DNA of 29,774 nucleotides from a virus (IMGVR_UViG_3300047400_000313:1-29774); one strand, 5' to 3'. Shown: positions 7,609 through 17,178, counted from the first letter of the stretch. The notes: generated from the letters alone by a model not told the origin. Translations and numbers: made by a program.

Positions 7609-7633
7609 GCCCAACTCAGGTTGGGCTTTTTTT
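7609..7633 (+). terminator. Rho-independent terminator after capsid gene
   Basis: GCCCAAC-TCAG-GTTGGGC followed by T7 (7627-7633). Confidence 0.9.
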
Positions 7634-7643
7634 ATTTATTTCA

Positions 7644-7652
7644 ATATTTATA
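7644..7652 (+). promoter_or_regulatory. ATATTTAT(W) motif, putative late promoter
   Basis: Immediately downstream of a terminator, 14 nt before ATG 7666. Confidence 0.65.
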
Positions 7653-7665
7653 ATAAAATAAAAAT

Positions 7666-7944
7666 ATGCCTGAATTAGTAGACGGATTAAAAGATCCATA
7701 TGGTTTAAACGGTGGAGCCATTTTAAGTGGTTCTATAACAAAGTCTTGTGATGCTTTTTGGTATTATCCAGTAACAAACACAACTGCAACAGTAGTTATT
7801 TCAAATTTAAGTGGTAGTAATAGATTAGCTAATGTATCATTTACAGCTGGAGTTGGGGTATATGGAAGTATAACTGAAGTAACTCAATCCACTGGTATTG
7901 CAATTATATATTCTGGATCTTACGCGTATCCACAGACTAGATAA
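7666..7944 (+). CDS. Small beta-rich virion protein, possible capsid decoration protein
   Basis: 92 aa, Thr/Ser/Gly/Val-rich, directly after capsid gene, bracketed by motif and terminator. Confidence 0.5.
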   Translation: MPELVDGLKDPYGLNGGAILSGSITKSCDAFWYYPVTNTTATVVISNLSGSNRLANVSFTAGVGVYGSITEVTQSTGIAIIYSGSYAYPQTR

Positions 7945-7963
7945 AATAAAAAATAAGTAAATT

Positions 7964-7998
7964 AATGGCCTGGTAATTAAACCGGGCTATTTTTATTT
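7964..7998 (+). terminator. Rho-independent terminator
   Basis: AATGGCCTGGT / ACCGGGCTATT stem with two G-U pairs, 6-nt loop, followed by T-rich tract. Confidence 0.75.
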
Positions 7999-8009
7999 CA
8001 ACTAATTGG

Positions 8010-8018
8010 ATATTTATT
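8010..8018 (+). promoter_or_regulatory. ATATTTAT(W) motif, putative late promoter
   Basis: Just after terminator, 30 nt before ATG 8048. Confidence 0.65.
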
Positions 8019-8047
8019 CTAAATAGTTCTTCACAAAAAATTAATTT

Positions 8048-8698
8048 ATGGAAAAGCCAAAAAAAGTTTTAAAGAACGAAATAAAGTACAAAATCCAATT
8101 AAATGAGGAACAGAAAGAGGCAAAACGGTTAATAATTGAAAATCAAATAGTGGTTATAACAGGTAGAGCAGGGTGTGGTAAGAGTTTAGTAAGTGCGCAA
8201 ACAGCATTAGACTTTTTATTTAAAAAACAGTATGAAAAGATACAAATAACCAGAGCAGCAGTTGAGGTTGGACATTCATTAGGTTTTTTACCTGGTTCTT
8301 TAGATGAAAAATTTAATCCTTATTTAGAAGCTTTTCAGGAGAATTTAATTAAATGTTATGATAAAGTTAAAATAGAAGAGTATATAAAAGATAATAAAGT
8401 TGAAGCATTACCAGTTCAATTTATTAGAGGAAAAACAATTGATGATGTATTAGTTGTAGAAGAGGCTCAGAATCTTACAAAATCAGAAATGCTTGCTATA
8501 TTAACTAGATTAGGTAAGAATGGTAGAATTATCATTAATGGAGATAACGAGCAAAAAGATATTAAAGATCCTTATAATGGTCTGTCTTATATTATAGAAC
8601 TAAGTAAAAAAATAGAAGAGATTAAATATATTAAATTAAAACATAACCATAGATCTGATCTAGTTGGTAAAATACTTGATTGGGAATATAATAAATAA
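8048..8698 (+). CDS. phoH: PhoH-family ATPase
   Basis: Walker A GRAGCGKS, ITRAAVE, LGFLPG, FIRGKT, EEAQN, LTRLG, INGDNEQKD, HRS motifs. Confidence 0.93.
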   Translation: MEKPKKVLKNEIKYKIQLNEEQKEAKRLIIENQIVVITGRAGCGKSLVSAQTALDFLFKKQYEKIQITRAAVEVGHSLGFLPGSLDEKFNPYLEAFQENLIKCYDKVKIEEYIKDNKVEALPVQFIRGKTIDDVLVVEEAQNLTKSEMLAILTRLGKNGRIIINGDNEQKDIKDPYNGLSYIIELSKKIEEIKYIKLKHNHRSDLVGKILDWEYNK

Positions 8699-8705
8699 AT
8701 AATAA

Positions 8706-9872
8706 ATGGCTAATCCCTTAATATATAATGGAACCCCAATGCCAATATCTGGATTAACTCCATTTGGCTTTTATGATAGCGATCCAATTTTCCAGGCTGA
8801 TGGACCTAAAGTAGCTAATTATGTAGCTAGAAAATTAGGTTATCCTGTTATGGATGTGGAATTACAAGATTTAAATATCTATGCATGTTTTGAAGAAGCA
8901 ATATCTGTCTATTCAGAAGAGCTTTATCAATTAGCTATAAAAGATAATTTCTTGAGTTTAATAGGATCTCCAACAGGATCTACTTTAAATAATCAAGTAA
9001 TAGTGCCAAGTTTAAATAGTATTGTCACTTTAGCAGAGGCTTATGGAGCAGAGGCTGGTGTAGGTGGATATACTGAATGGTATACTGGATCAATCACTTT
9101 AATGAACGGCCAACAAGTTTATGATTTACAAGATTGGGGAGTTAGTAGTAGTATAATACAACCTGGAGATAGAATAGAAGTAAAAAGAATTTTTTATGAA
9201 GGAAATCCAGCTATTAATCAATACTATGATCCATATATAGGAGGGTCAATAAACTATCAAGGTGCAACTGAAAATTTTGGTTGGGCTAGTTATTCACCAG
9301 GATTAAACTTCACTCTATTCCCAGTTTATTGGGATATTCAAAGAATTCAAGAGATTGAAATGTCAAATCAAGTTAGAAGATCAGCATTTACTTTTGAATT
9401 AATAAATAATAAACTAAGAATATTCCCCAAACCGGAAATTGATGGAGTGCCTTTGTATATTCAATATGCTAAGAAAAGCGAGATGTCTAATGCTTTGACT
9501 ACTAGTCCATATAGTGGTAGTACAGATTTAATAACAAATCCATCTAATGTTCCATATAATAATATAACATATTCACAAATTAACCAACCAGGAAAGCAGT
9601 GGATCTATGAATATACATTAGCTCTTGCTTCTGAATTGCTTGGATTAATTAGAGGAAAATATAGTACTGTACCTATTCCTGGTGCTGAAGCCACATTAAA
9701 TGGTGGAGATCTAATAGCAAAAGGAAAAGATATGCAAAACACTCTAAGAGAAAAACTTAGAACGGATTTAGCCGATATGACTAGACAAGCTCAATTAGAG
9801 AGAAAGCAATCTGAAGAAACATCTATGACAGACACATTAAGCAAAGTCCCACTTTTAATTTATATAGGATAA
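8706..9872 (+). CDS. gp13: Neck / head-tail adaptor protein (T4 gp13-like)
   Basis: RKLGYPVMDVEL near N-terminus; WIYEYTLALASELLGLIRGKY..PIPG...TLNG and PLLIYIG C-terminus typical of gp13-like proteins. Confidence 0.8.
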   Translation: MANPLIYNGTPMPISGLTPFGFYDSDPIFQADGPKVANYVARKLGYPVMDVELQDLNIYACFEEAISVYSEELYQLAIKDNFLSLIGSPTGSTLNNQVIVPSLNSIVTLAEAYGAEAGVGGYTEWYTGSITLMNGQQVYDLQDWGVSSSIIQPGDRIEVKRIFYEGNPAINQYYDPYIGGSINYQGATENFGWASYSPGLNFTLFPVYWDIQRIQEIEMSNQVRRSAFTFELINNKLRIFPKPEIDGVPLYIQYAKKSEMSNALTTSPYSGSTDLITNPSNVPYNNITYSQINQPGKQWIYEYTLALASELLGLIRGKYSTVPIPGAEATLNGGDLIAKGKDMQNTLREKLRTDLADMTRQAQLERKQSEETSMTDTLSKVPLLIYIG

Positions 9873-9873
9873 A

Positions 9874-10365
9874 ATGGCATTATTTGGTAGTAAAAATGAT
9901 ATAGGTACATTTAAAGGAATATCAAGAGAGTTGGTAGAAAATATTATTTCTCAAGAGTGCGGATATTATAAAATAATGTTACAAGACACAGATAAAAATG
10001 TTTACGGTGAAGGATTAGAGAAATATTATATAGGACCAGTTTTATTAAATTGCCTTATTGAAAGAGGGGATTTTTCATTTGCTTCAGGAGACTTTGGAAC
10101 AGATGTATCAAGACCTGTTACTTTTAGATTCTTAAAAGATCACTTATCAGATGCAAATGTGGTTCCTGAAGTGGGAGATGTAGTAATGTATAATGAATTA
10201 TATTACTTAGTAGATAATGTTAATCAAAATCAATTAATCCTTGGAAAGGATTCTGATTATGCTTATTCCGAGGGTTTAGAAAACTTTGGATCTTCATATT
10301 CAATTATATTAACGTGCCATTACGCTAGCCCAGACGCGTTAGGTATTAATCAAAATAGACTATAA
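9874..10365 (+). CDS. gp14: Head completion/closure protein (T4 gp14-like)
   Basis: Follows gp13-like gene; NVYGE and PEVGDVV motifs. Confidence 0.6.
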   Translation: MALFGSKNDIGTFKGISRELVENIISQECGYYKIMLQDTDKNVYGEGLEKYYIGPVLLNCLIERGDFSFASGDFGTDVSRPVTFRFLKDHLSDANVVPEVGDVVMYNELYYLVDNVNQNQLILGKDSDYAYSEGLENFGSSYSIILTCHYASPDALGINQNRL

Positions 10366-11612
10366 TGAGCATACAAACGGTACGTCCTCAAAATAGGAGA
10401 GAATTTATGAATAAATTGGTAGTACCCTACGATCCAAAAACAGGGAATCCAAATCAAATATTCTCTGAAGAGTTTAAAGCAGGGCAACCAGAACAAAATA
10501 GAGCACTTGAAATATCATTAAAAGATGATATTGATAAAGATTTTTCTATAGGCTTAAAAGATATTAATGAGGCTGTAAATTACTATTTTACTGAGATTTT
10601 AAAATTATCTGTGGTACAAAATAATACTAAAGTTGATGTGCCAATAATTTATGGGAATGCAGAGAATTGGAAAAGTGTACAAGCTGATGGATACTATAGA
10701 GATAGAAATGGGAAACTAATGGCTCCACTATTAATGTTTAAAAGGACTAATCTCACACAAAATAGGGGTCTGGGAAATAAATTAGATGGAAACACTGTTA
10801 AAAATGTTCAAGTATTTGAAAAGTCTTTTAATAGAAGAAATGTTTATAGTAACTTTAATGTTGTAAATAGTAGAGCACCAGAAAAAGAATACGTAGTTGC
10901 AGTCACACCAGATTATGTTACTGTAGAATATTCTTGTATTGTTTGGACTCATTTTATGGAACAAATGGATAAGATAATTGAAGCTCTTAATTTTGCTTCT
11001 AGATCTTATTGGGGAGATCCTAATAGATTCCAATTTTATAGTTCTATTGAATCATTCCAAGATAATTTAACTCTAGAAGTTGGAGAGGACAGATTAGTTA
11101 AAAATAGTTTTACACTAACATTAAATGGATATTTAATTCCTGATGTTATGAATAAATCCCTTGCATCAGTAAACAGAGTATTTAGTGCGGCTAATATAGT
11201 ATTTGGATTAGAAACAGCCACTAGCTCAGAACAATTTGTAGCAAATCAAAATCAACAACCTGGTAAAAAATTATCAAATATTGTGGCTTCTGATTCTAGA
11301 AATATTATTAATAATATCACTAATGTACCATCAGATGTGATACTCTATATTAATACAAATAAAGAATTAACAGGAACTTTTGTAAATCCGACAACTGTAG
11401 TATTTGGACCTTGGCTATCTGCTCCAAGCGGATTACCTGCAACATCTGTTGATAGCTTTACATTTTTCTGTAATGGTCAATTTATAGAAAAAACTGCAAT
11501 AGTTAGTTTTACGCAATCTAATGGAGTGTCTACATTAGTTATAGATCCTACATTACTACAATATAGTTTTGAACAAAGCGATATAATAACTGGTATAGGA
11601 AAATTTTTATAA
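10365..11612 (+). CDS. gp15: Tail terminator / sheath stabiliser (T4 gp15-like) with C-terminal extension
   Basis: VPIIYG...W, PDYVTVEY, EQMDKIIE, FTLTLNGYL pattern and position after gp13/gp14-like genes; TAATG coupling. Confidence 0.6.
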   Translation: MSIQTVRPQNRREFMNKLVVPYDPKTGNPNQIFSEEFKAGQPEQNRALEISLKDDIDKDFSIGLKDINEAVNYYFTEILKLSVVQNNTKVDVPIIYGNAENWKSVQADGYYRDRNGKLMAPLLMFKRTNLTQNRGLGNKLDGNTVKNVQVFEKSFNRRNVYSNFNVVNSRAPEKEYVVAVTPDYVTVEYSCIVWTHFMEQMDKIIEALNFASRSYWGDPNRFQFYSSIESFQDNLTLEVGEDRLVKNSFTLTLNGYLIPDVMNKSLASVNRVFSAANIVFGLETATSSEQFVANQNQQPGKKLSNIVASDSRNIINNITNVPSDVILYINTNKELTGTFVNPTTVVFGPWLSAPSGLPATSVDSFTFFCNGQFIEKTAIVSFTQSNGVSTLVIDPTLLQYSFEQSDIITGIGKFL

Positions 11613-11613
11613 A

Positions 11614-11916
11614 ATGTCAAGATTAAAATTAAAACAAGTCCTATCAAATTTACATTACAATGAAGAATTAGATCAATTAATTCTTAGTGGATCTAAAATT
11701 CCTACTGCAAATCAAATATGGAATAATATAACAAATCAATGGGAAGACTCATTTGGTAATTGGGATGGAACAAGAATAGGAATACCAGACTTTGTAATAT
11801 CAGGATCAGTAGAAGTTACACAAAGTACTTATAATGTTGGAACCATTACTATTGACGGAGTTAATACATTTGGAGATAGTGGTAGTTTTAACACTATAGA
11901 TTTAGGAGAATATTAA
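11614..11916 (+). CDS. Hypothetical virion protein
   Basis: 100 aa, W-x6-W-x6-W segment, SGS motifs, ends IDLGEY. Confidence 0.6.
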   Translation: MSRLKLKQVLSNLHYNEELDQLILSGSKIPTANQIWNNITNQWEDSFGNWDGTRIGIPDFVISGSVEVTQSTYNVGTITIDGVNTFGDSGSFNTIDLGEY

Positions 11917-11925
11917 ATATTTATA
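11917..11925 (+). promoter_or_regulatory. ATATTTAT(W) motif, putative late promoter
   Basis: Starts right after stop codon, 20 nt before ATG 11945. Confidence 0.6.
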
Positions 11926-11944
11926 ATAGATATAAAAATAGAAA

Positions 11945-12427
11945 ATGTCATCATTAACCGGCCAACAAATTAAAGATACTTATTTATCATTATTAAAAGT
12001 TAATGATAATGGTCAAATATCTAACGTTTCACAATCTATAACAGATGGCGCTGGCAATCCTTCTGGTTTATATTTAACAAATGATGGTGTTACTGTTAGT
12101 GGATCACTATCTGTTGGAGGAACTATAAATTTAACAGGGTCTTTGATGGTAAATGGTATTCCAGTAATTAGTGGGAGTGTAATAGAAGTGCCATTTTCAT
12201 ATAATAGAACATTTGGAATTAATACGATTAAACAATACGAAAGTATTCTTAACCCTGGAAATTTATTAGTATTATCTAATAATATATTTATTGTAGAAGA
12301 GAATGCTGAATATTATGTTTTAGGAGATCTACGTAATAGTGGATCGCTTATAGTGAGCGGAACTATCCATATCGATGGAGGATTATATAACAGTGGATCT
12401 ATAGTAGGTCCTGGAATAATAGAATAA
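11945..12427 (+). CDS. Hypothetical fibre-associated structural protein
   Basis: 160 aa, repeated (V/L/N)-(S/T)-G-S-(L/V/I) beta-strand motifs. Confidence 0.6.
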   Translation: MSSLTGQQIKDTYLSLLKVNDNGQISNVSQSITDGAGNPSGLYLTNDGVTVSGSLSVGGTINLTGSLMVNGIPVISGSVIEVPFSYNRTFGINTIKQYESILNPGNLLVLSNNIFIVEENAEYYVLGDLRNSGSLIVSGTIHIDGGLYNSGSIVGPGIIE

Positions 12428-12445
12428 TAAAATAAAAATAAAAAC

Positions 12446-14848
12446 ATGCCAAGCTACATTGAATTAGTCAAACAAGCCACATTACCTGCAGCGTCAGATA
12501 TAAGCAAAGTTATATTCGGAATTACAGACCAAGGAGCAATCTCTATCCAAGATCAATCAGGATCTGCTATTGGAGGTGGAATAGTACCTACTACACCAAA
12601 TGCATTTTTCCAAATGCGTGATATGGGAACCTTAGCACCAGGTACATTATACTACCTTCAAGGTGCTGACGATAATCATGGATTAGTTAATGGAGGTGTT
12701 GACGTTATAGTTCAAGCAACATCAACTGGATCTTACAATCCAAGAGGTGTAGGTAAATTCTATAATCCAAAATACGATAAATCTGTTCTTGGAAATAATA
12801 TATGGTCACCATATGTTAGATTTTATCTTACTAATTTAAGTGGATCATTCCAAGGAGGAGAGTATGTTACAAATAATAACGGAAACGAAGGATACCCAGT
12901 ACATAACAATCAATTCTTTTATGATGGTGGGTGGCAATATATAGTACCTAATACCTATGAACAATGGTCAGGATCATTAAGTATCACAGGTAGTTACAGT
13001 GGAGCCACAGCTGAGATTCTACTAGATCCAGACCCACTAATTGAAATACCAACATTTATTTCGGGTAGTTCTAAAGTAGTTTGGGGAGGAAAAATGTGGA
13101 TTAATAAAACAGGAAATGTCGGTTGGTCCCCATATATATATATTTTAAATGAGGATGATTGGGATGAAATTCCTTATAATGAAACTGATTACAATGTAGT
13201 TTGGGACGAGATTGAATATGATGTAGAAAATGACTTTATCACAATGAGAAAAGATAAAGCAGGTAATATCGTTGAACAAACATTTGCACAATGGAATTGG
13301 ATGGAATCTAGAAGCATACCATTGTTCCCATGGGGTAATGAATATGAATATAATGAAAATTTAGATGACTCTACTGGATTTATGGGTAATACTATTAAAG
13401 CTAGTACAGTAGAAGGTTTCCTTAATTTTAGAGGTTTGTATTGTGTTAATAATACTATTGAGAACTCTTATATGGCATATGACATCAGGTTTGAAGATTA
13501 TGGCTATATGGAATACAATACTATATATGATTCAGGTATGTATAGTTGTTTCTTTTCTGGAGATGGCTTTGGTATAGAAAACAACATATTAAACGATTCA
13601 GGTTTTGGCAACATGTTTGGATCAGATTATGGTAGTATCAGACACAATGTTATAGAACAAAATTCTGATTTAAGTAATAATGCTATAATCAGAGGAGATA
13701 TACAGTATAATACTATATCTGAAGATTCTTATATTGGAGATAACTATTTGTTTGATTATAGCGTTATTAGGTATAATAAACTTCAAGATGCAACTATTGG
13801 AGATGATAATAACTACTTAAGAAACTATTCACGTATTGAAGATAATACTTTAGATTCATACGGTTGGATTGGAGGTAATAATTTATATAGTTCAACTATC
13901 GAAAACAATAGTCTAACATCAGAAGGCTACATTGGTGATTACAATAACATGTTAAATAGTAGTATCTACCAAAACAACCTATCTAACTATAGTGGTATCT
14001 ACAGTAACGAAATGACAGGTAGTAACTTATATAGCAACACTTTAACAGGTGAATCTTTTATAAATAATAATACCTTAATTAGTGGTGGTGAAATTGGAAA
14101 GAATACTATAACAAATAACTCATCTATAAACAGCAATACTCTAATTGAAAATGGCTGTTTTATAGTTGAGAATACAGTAGCTAATGATAGTACTATTGAA
14201 AGTAATAACCTCTACTATAATTCATATTTTAGGCAAAACACAGTAACTGATTCAAGTTATATAAATAGTAATAACTTAACTACAGGTAGCTATATACAAG
14301 CAAATACAATAGCAGGTGATAGTGGATTATATAGTTGTACATTAGATAGTAATTCTGCTTTCTACGCTAATTCAATCGAAATGGACAGTAGTGTGTATAG
14401 CATAATAATGTATAGTAGTAGCTATGCTGAAGCAAATAAATTAACAGCAAATAGCTCCATGTACAGTATGACATTAGACCCAGCTGATAGCCCAGGTAAT
14501 GGTTATTTGTATTCTAATACATTAAGCAATCAAAGTAATATATACAATAACGTTATAGGATATGCTGCTATAGTAGGAAATGATTTAAAAAATAACTCTA
14601 GTATTAATGACACAACTATGGGAGGTAATAGCCAAATAGCTTATAACTCACTAGGTAACCAATCTAGCATTAATAATATAAACGGATCAGCTGGCTTAGA
14701 TTATATTTTATACAACTCATTAAGTAATCAAAGTACAATAACCAATTTTACAATGAATAATGATGAAAGTAATAATTCTAATGCATTATTTAATGGAGCT
14801 ACTATGACGTCAACTAATCAAAATAACGGATTCTACGCAAACATATAA
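12446..14848 (+). CDS. Asn-rich parallel beta-helix repeat protein (tailspike/adhesin-like)
   Basis: 800 aa; C-terminal ~60% built from ~11-12-aa repeats of I/L-x-x-N-x-(L/I) (e.g. IEDNTL, IENNSL, IYQNNL, LYSNTL). Confidence 0.65.
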   Translation: MPSYIELVKQATLPAASDISKVIFGITDQGAISIQDQSGSAIGGGIVPTTPNAFFQMRDMGTLAPGTLYYLQGADDNHGLVNGGVDVIVQATSTGSYNPRGVGKFYNPKYDKSVLGNNIWSPYVRFYLTNLSGSFQGGEYVTNNNGNEGYPVHNNQFFYDGGWQYIVPNTYEQWSGSLSITGSYSGATAEILLDPDPLIEIPTFISGSSKVVWGGKMWINKTGNVGWSPYIYILNEDDWDEIPYNETDYNVVWDEIEYDVENDFITMRKDKAGNIVEQTFAQWNWMESRSIPLFPWGNEYEYNENLDDSTGFMGNTIKASTVEGFLNFRGLYCVNNTIENSYMAYDIRFEDYGYMEYNTIYDSGMYSCFFSGDGFGIENNILNDSGFGNMFGSDYGSIRHNVIEQNSDLSNNAIIRGDIQYNTISEDSYIGDNYLFDYSVIRYNKLQDATIGDDNNYLRNYSRIEDNTLDSYGWIGGNNLYSSTIENNSLTSEGYIGDYNNMLNSSIYQNNLSNYSGIYSNEMTGSNLYSNTLTGESFINNNTLISGGEIGKNTITNNSSINSNTLIENGCFIVENTVANDSTIESNNLYYNSYFRQNTVTDSSYINSNNLTTGSYIQANTIAGDSGLYSCTLDSNSAFYANSIEMDSSVYSIIMYSSSYAEANKLTANSSMYSMTLDPADSPGNGYLYSNTLSNQSNIYNNVIGYAAIVGNDLKNNSSINDTTMGGNSQIAYNSLGNQSSINNINGSAGLDYILYNSLSNQSTITNFTMNNDESNNSNALFNGATMTSTNQNNGFYANI

Positions 14849-14851
14849 TAT

Positions 14852-15031
14852 ATGAATAAGAAAAAAATACAACGCGGAACAGATAACAAATACCTTGTTA
14901 ATTTAGAACAGGATACTTGGACTGATGATGAAAAACAAGCTACTGAATTTTCTTGGAAACAATTCCATGAAACAAAAGGCAAATTGTTAAAAACATACAA
15001 AGCATACGACATCGTTGAAATAGACGCATAA
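14852..15031 (+). CDS. Small hypothetical protein (59 aa)
   Basis: Hand translation MNKKKIQRGTDNKYLVNLEQDTWTDDEKQATEFSWKQFHETKGKLLKTYKAYDIVEIDA*; exactly fills the gap and overlaps next ATG as TAATG. Not in ORF track. Confidence 0.75.
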   Translation: MNKKKIQRGTDNKYLVNLEQDTWTDDEKQATEFSWKQFHETKGKLLKTYKAYDIVEIDA

Positions 15032-17166
15032 TGAAACAAATCATCACTTTAGATAAAGCAAATCAACCCTATGGGTTTGCACAACTAGATGGTACTGGAA
15101 CTATACCAAGTACAATAGCTGTAGCTGGTACAGCATCCTATGCTACATCAGCTAGTATAGCTAGTAGCGCTACAACATCTATATCCGCTAGTTATGCAAC
15201 CTCAGCTTCTATAGCAGCAACCGCAGTGTATGCTGAAAATGGTACTCAATGGACAGATACTAATTTAGGTATTCAATATGATGCAGGTAGTGAAGTAAAA
15301 TTAGGAAGTGGAGCTAATCCAGGTATATTAACAACAGCTTACAATACAAATGGTTACTATGGTGGATATGTAGATAATGCAGGTGATTTTGATACATTAT
15401 TTGCCGCTTGTCCAATTATAACACAGTCTGTTTACCCAAATATAGATAATATTTCTCGTAACTCAGATTATTATGCATTAAAATTTGAAGGATACTTAAC
15501 AGTGCCAACAAGCGATACTTATACTTTTGGTTTAGATAGTGACGATGCTTCAGATGCTTTTATAGACAATACTTTAGTAGCAGACTGGTATGGTGGACAT
15601 GGTGGAAATAGCGGACCAGGAGGAAATCAAACTCCGATAGTATTATCAGCAGGTAGACATCCTTTAGTTGTTAGATTTCAAGAAGTGAGCGGAGGCGATT
15701 TTGTAACTCTATACTACAAAACAGGTAGTATGAGTTGGACTATTGTACCCGACGAGTGGTATAGCTATGGAGGAGGTAATGTTGATTTAATCATTACTGG
15801 TAGCTTAGGTGTAAGCGGCAGTGTAGGGTCACTTGTAATGACAGGAAGTCAAGACTATATTTTAAGTATTCATGGAGAAAATGACGCTCCTTGGGCATTT
15901 GGGTTATATAACGATACCTACAACGTAACTCAATCCGTATTTGCAGGATGGATAGGAGACAGTGGTGAAAGTTACATAGGAAATGAAGTAGACACTCCAA
16001 TTAATATATACGCAAATGCTGATTACTTCAGCCCAATTTTACAAATATCAAGTTCTGGGGTAAGTATAATTAATTCCTTAAGTGTATCAGGATCAACATT
16101 ACTATCAGGATCAACAATTATACCAAGTAAAACACCTAACAACTTCCCATCAGGATCAACTGGTGATAAAAAAGGAATGGTAGCGTTCGATAACGACTAC
16201 GTTTACTATTGCACAGAAGATTTTGTAGCTCCTATAGTAACACACGTATACGACAGAGGGGTTACTTACTGGAACGGATACCACGACCCAGGAACATCAT
16301 GGTTACAAACAGGACCTTCGGAAGAAAGTGGAGGAACTTTAGCGCCACAAACTGGTTGGTATTTTATTGACGATACAACAGCAGTAAGACAGCTTACAAG
16401 TGAGAGTGTTTGGTTTGGTGGACAAGGACCAGCACCAGCACCAAACGGGGATGGTTGGTTATGTTCTGTCGATAATACAGCTTGGTCATACGACGATAAT
16501 CACCTAACACTAACAATGTACGAGTCTTATCCAACTGGATTACCATCAACTGGAGCTATTTGGAAAAGAACACCTTGGAATGCTTTACCGAGTATTGATC
16601 CGGTAATGACTGGCAGCGTAAACATATCAGGCTCATTAACATTAAATAATGTATCAGGTGATTTAAGACCTTATAAAGTTTATACAGCTTTATTAACACA
16701 AAGTGGTGGGAGCAGTGATGTTAATATAACATCAGGAGAATTAGTTATAGGTCGTACATATAATATTTCAGCTCCTAGTAGCGGAGATTTTACAAATGTT
16801 GGTGCTCCTAATAATAATGAAGGTACATGGTTTGTAGCAACAGGAACTACTCCAAATAGTTGGGGAACAAGTGAATTATACTATAACACAGGAGCTCCAG
16901 TAGTAACAGTATTAGAAAATACTATTGGTGATGTTTGGTTTCAATATAATAATACTGGGTATTATTCAATATTTTCAGATAGTTTATTCTCTGATAAAAC
17001 ATGGTGTATGATAACAATGAATTATAATGGTATATCTGATGGTTATATTTCATATATCTATCGGTATAATGCTGATGAAATAGTTATACTAACTGGTATT
17101 ACTTTAGATGGGTCAAGAAATAATCAATTAGATAATACACCAATAGAAATAAGAGTGTATAATTAG
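15031..17166 (+). CDS. Mosaic fibre protein with PA14 domain
   Basis: PA14 signature ALKFEGYLTVPTSDTYTFGLDSDDASDAFID...LSAGRHPLVVRFQEVSGG (approx. 15340-15770); ASYA shaft repeats; C-terminal YKVYTALLTQSG...LENTIG...IEIRVYN module. Confidence 0.75.
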   Translation: MKQIITLDKANQPYGFAQLDGTGTIPSTIAVAGTASYATSASIASSATTSISASYATSASIAATAVYAENGTQWTDTNLGIQYDAGSEVKLGSGANPGILTTAYNTNGYYGGYVDNAGDFDTLFAACPIITQSVYPNIDNISRNSDYYALKFEGYLTVPTSDTYTFGLDSDDASDAFIDNTLVADWYGGHGGNSGPGGNQTPIVLSAGRHPLVVRFQEVSGGDFVTLYYKTGSMSWTIVPDEWYSYGGGNVDLIITGSLGVSGSVGSLVMTGSQDYILSIHGENDAPWAFGLYNDTYNVTQSVFAGWIGDSGESYIGNEVDTPINIYANADYFSPILQISSSGVSIINSLSVSGSTLLSGSTIIPSKTPNNFPSGSTGDKKGMVAFDNDYVYYCTEDFVAPIVTHVYDRGVTYWNGYHDPGTSWLQTGPSEESGGTLAPQTGWYFIDDTTAVRQLTSESVWFGGQGPAPAPNGDGWLCSVDNTAWSYDDNHLTLTMYESYPTGLPSTGAIWKRTPWNALPSIDPVMTGSVNISGSLTLNNVSGDLRPYKVYTALLTQSGGSSDVNITSGELVIGRTYNISAPSSGDFTNVGAPNNNEGTWFVATGTTPNSWGTSELYYNTGAPVVTVLENTIGDVWFQYNNTGYYSIFSDSLFSDKTWCMITMNYNGISDGYISYIYRYNADEIVILTGITLDGSRNNQLDNTPIEIRVYN

Positions 17167-17169
17167 TAG

Positions 17170-17178
17170 ATATTTATT
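17170..17178 (+). promoter_or_regulatory. ATATTTAT(W) motif, putative late promoter
   Basis: Intergenic copy, 57 nt before ATG 17235. Confidence 0.6.

Noticed and set aside
14833-15039. 68-aa minus-strand ORF in the track
   Set aside because: The plus-strand 59-aa ORF 14852-15031 fits the operon and TAATG coupling better.
13381-17166. Possible diversity-generating retroelement target (AAY-rich fibre regions)
   Set aside because: No reverse transcriptase and no near-identical template/variable repeat pair seen in the window; Asn richness is explained by the beta-helix.
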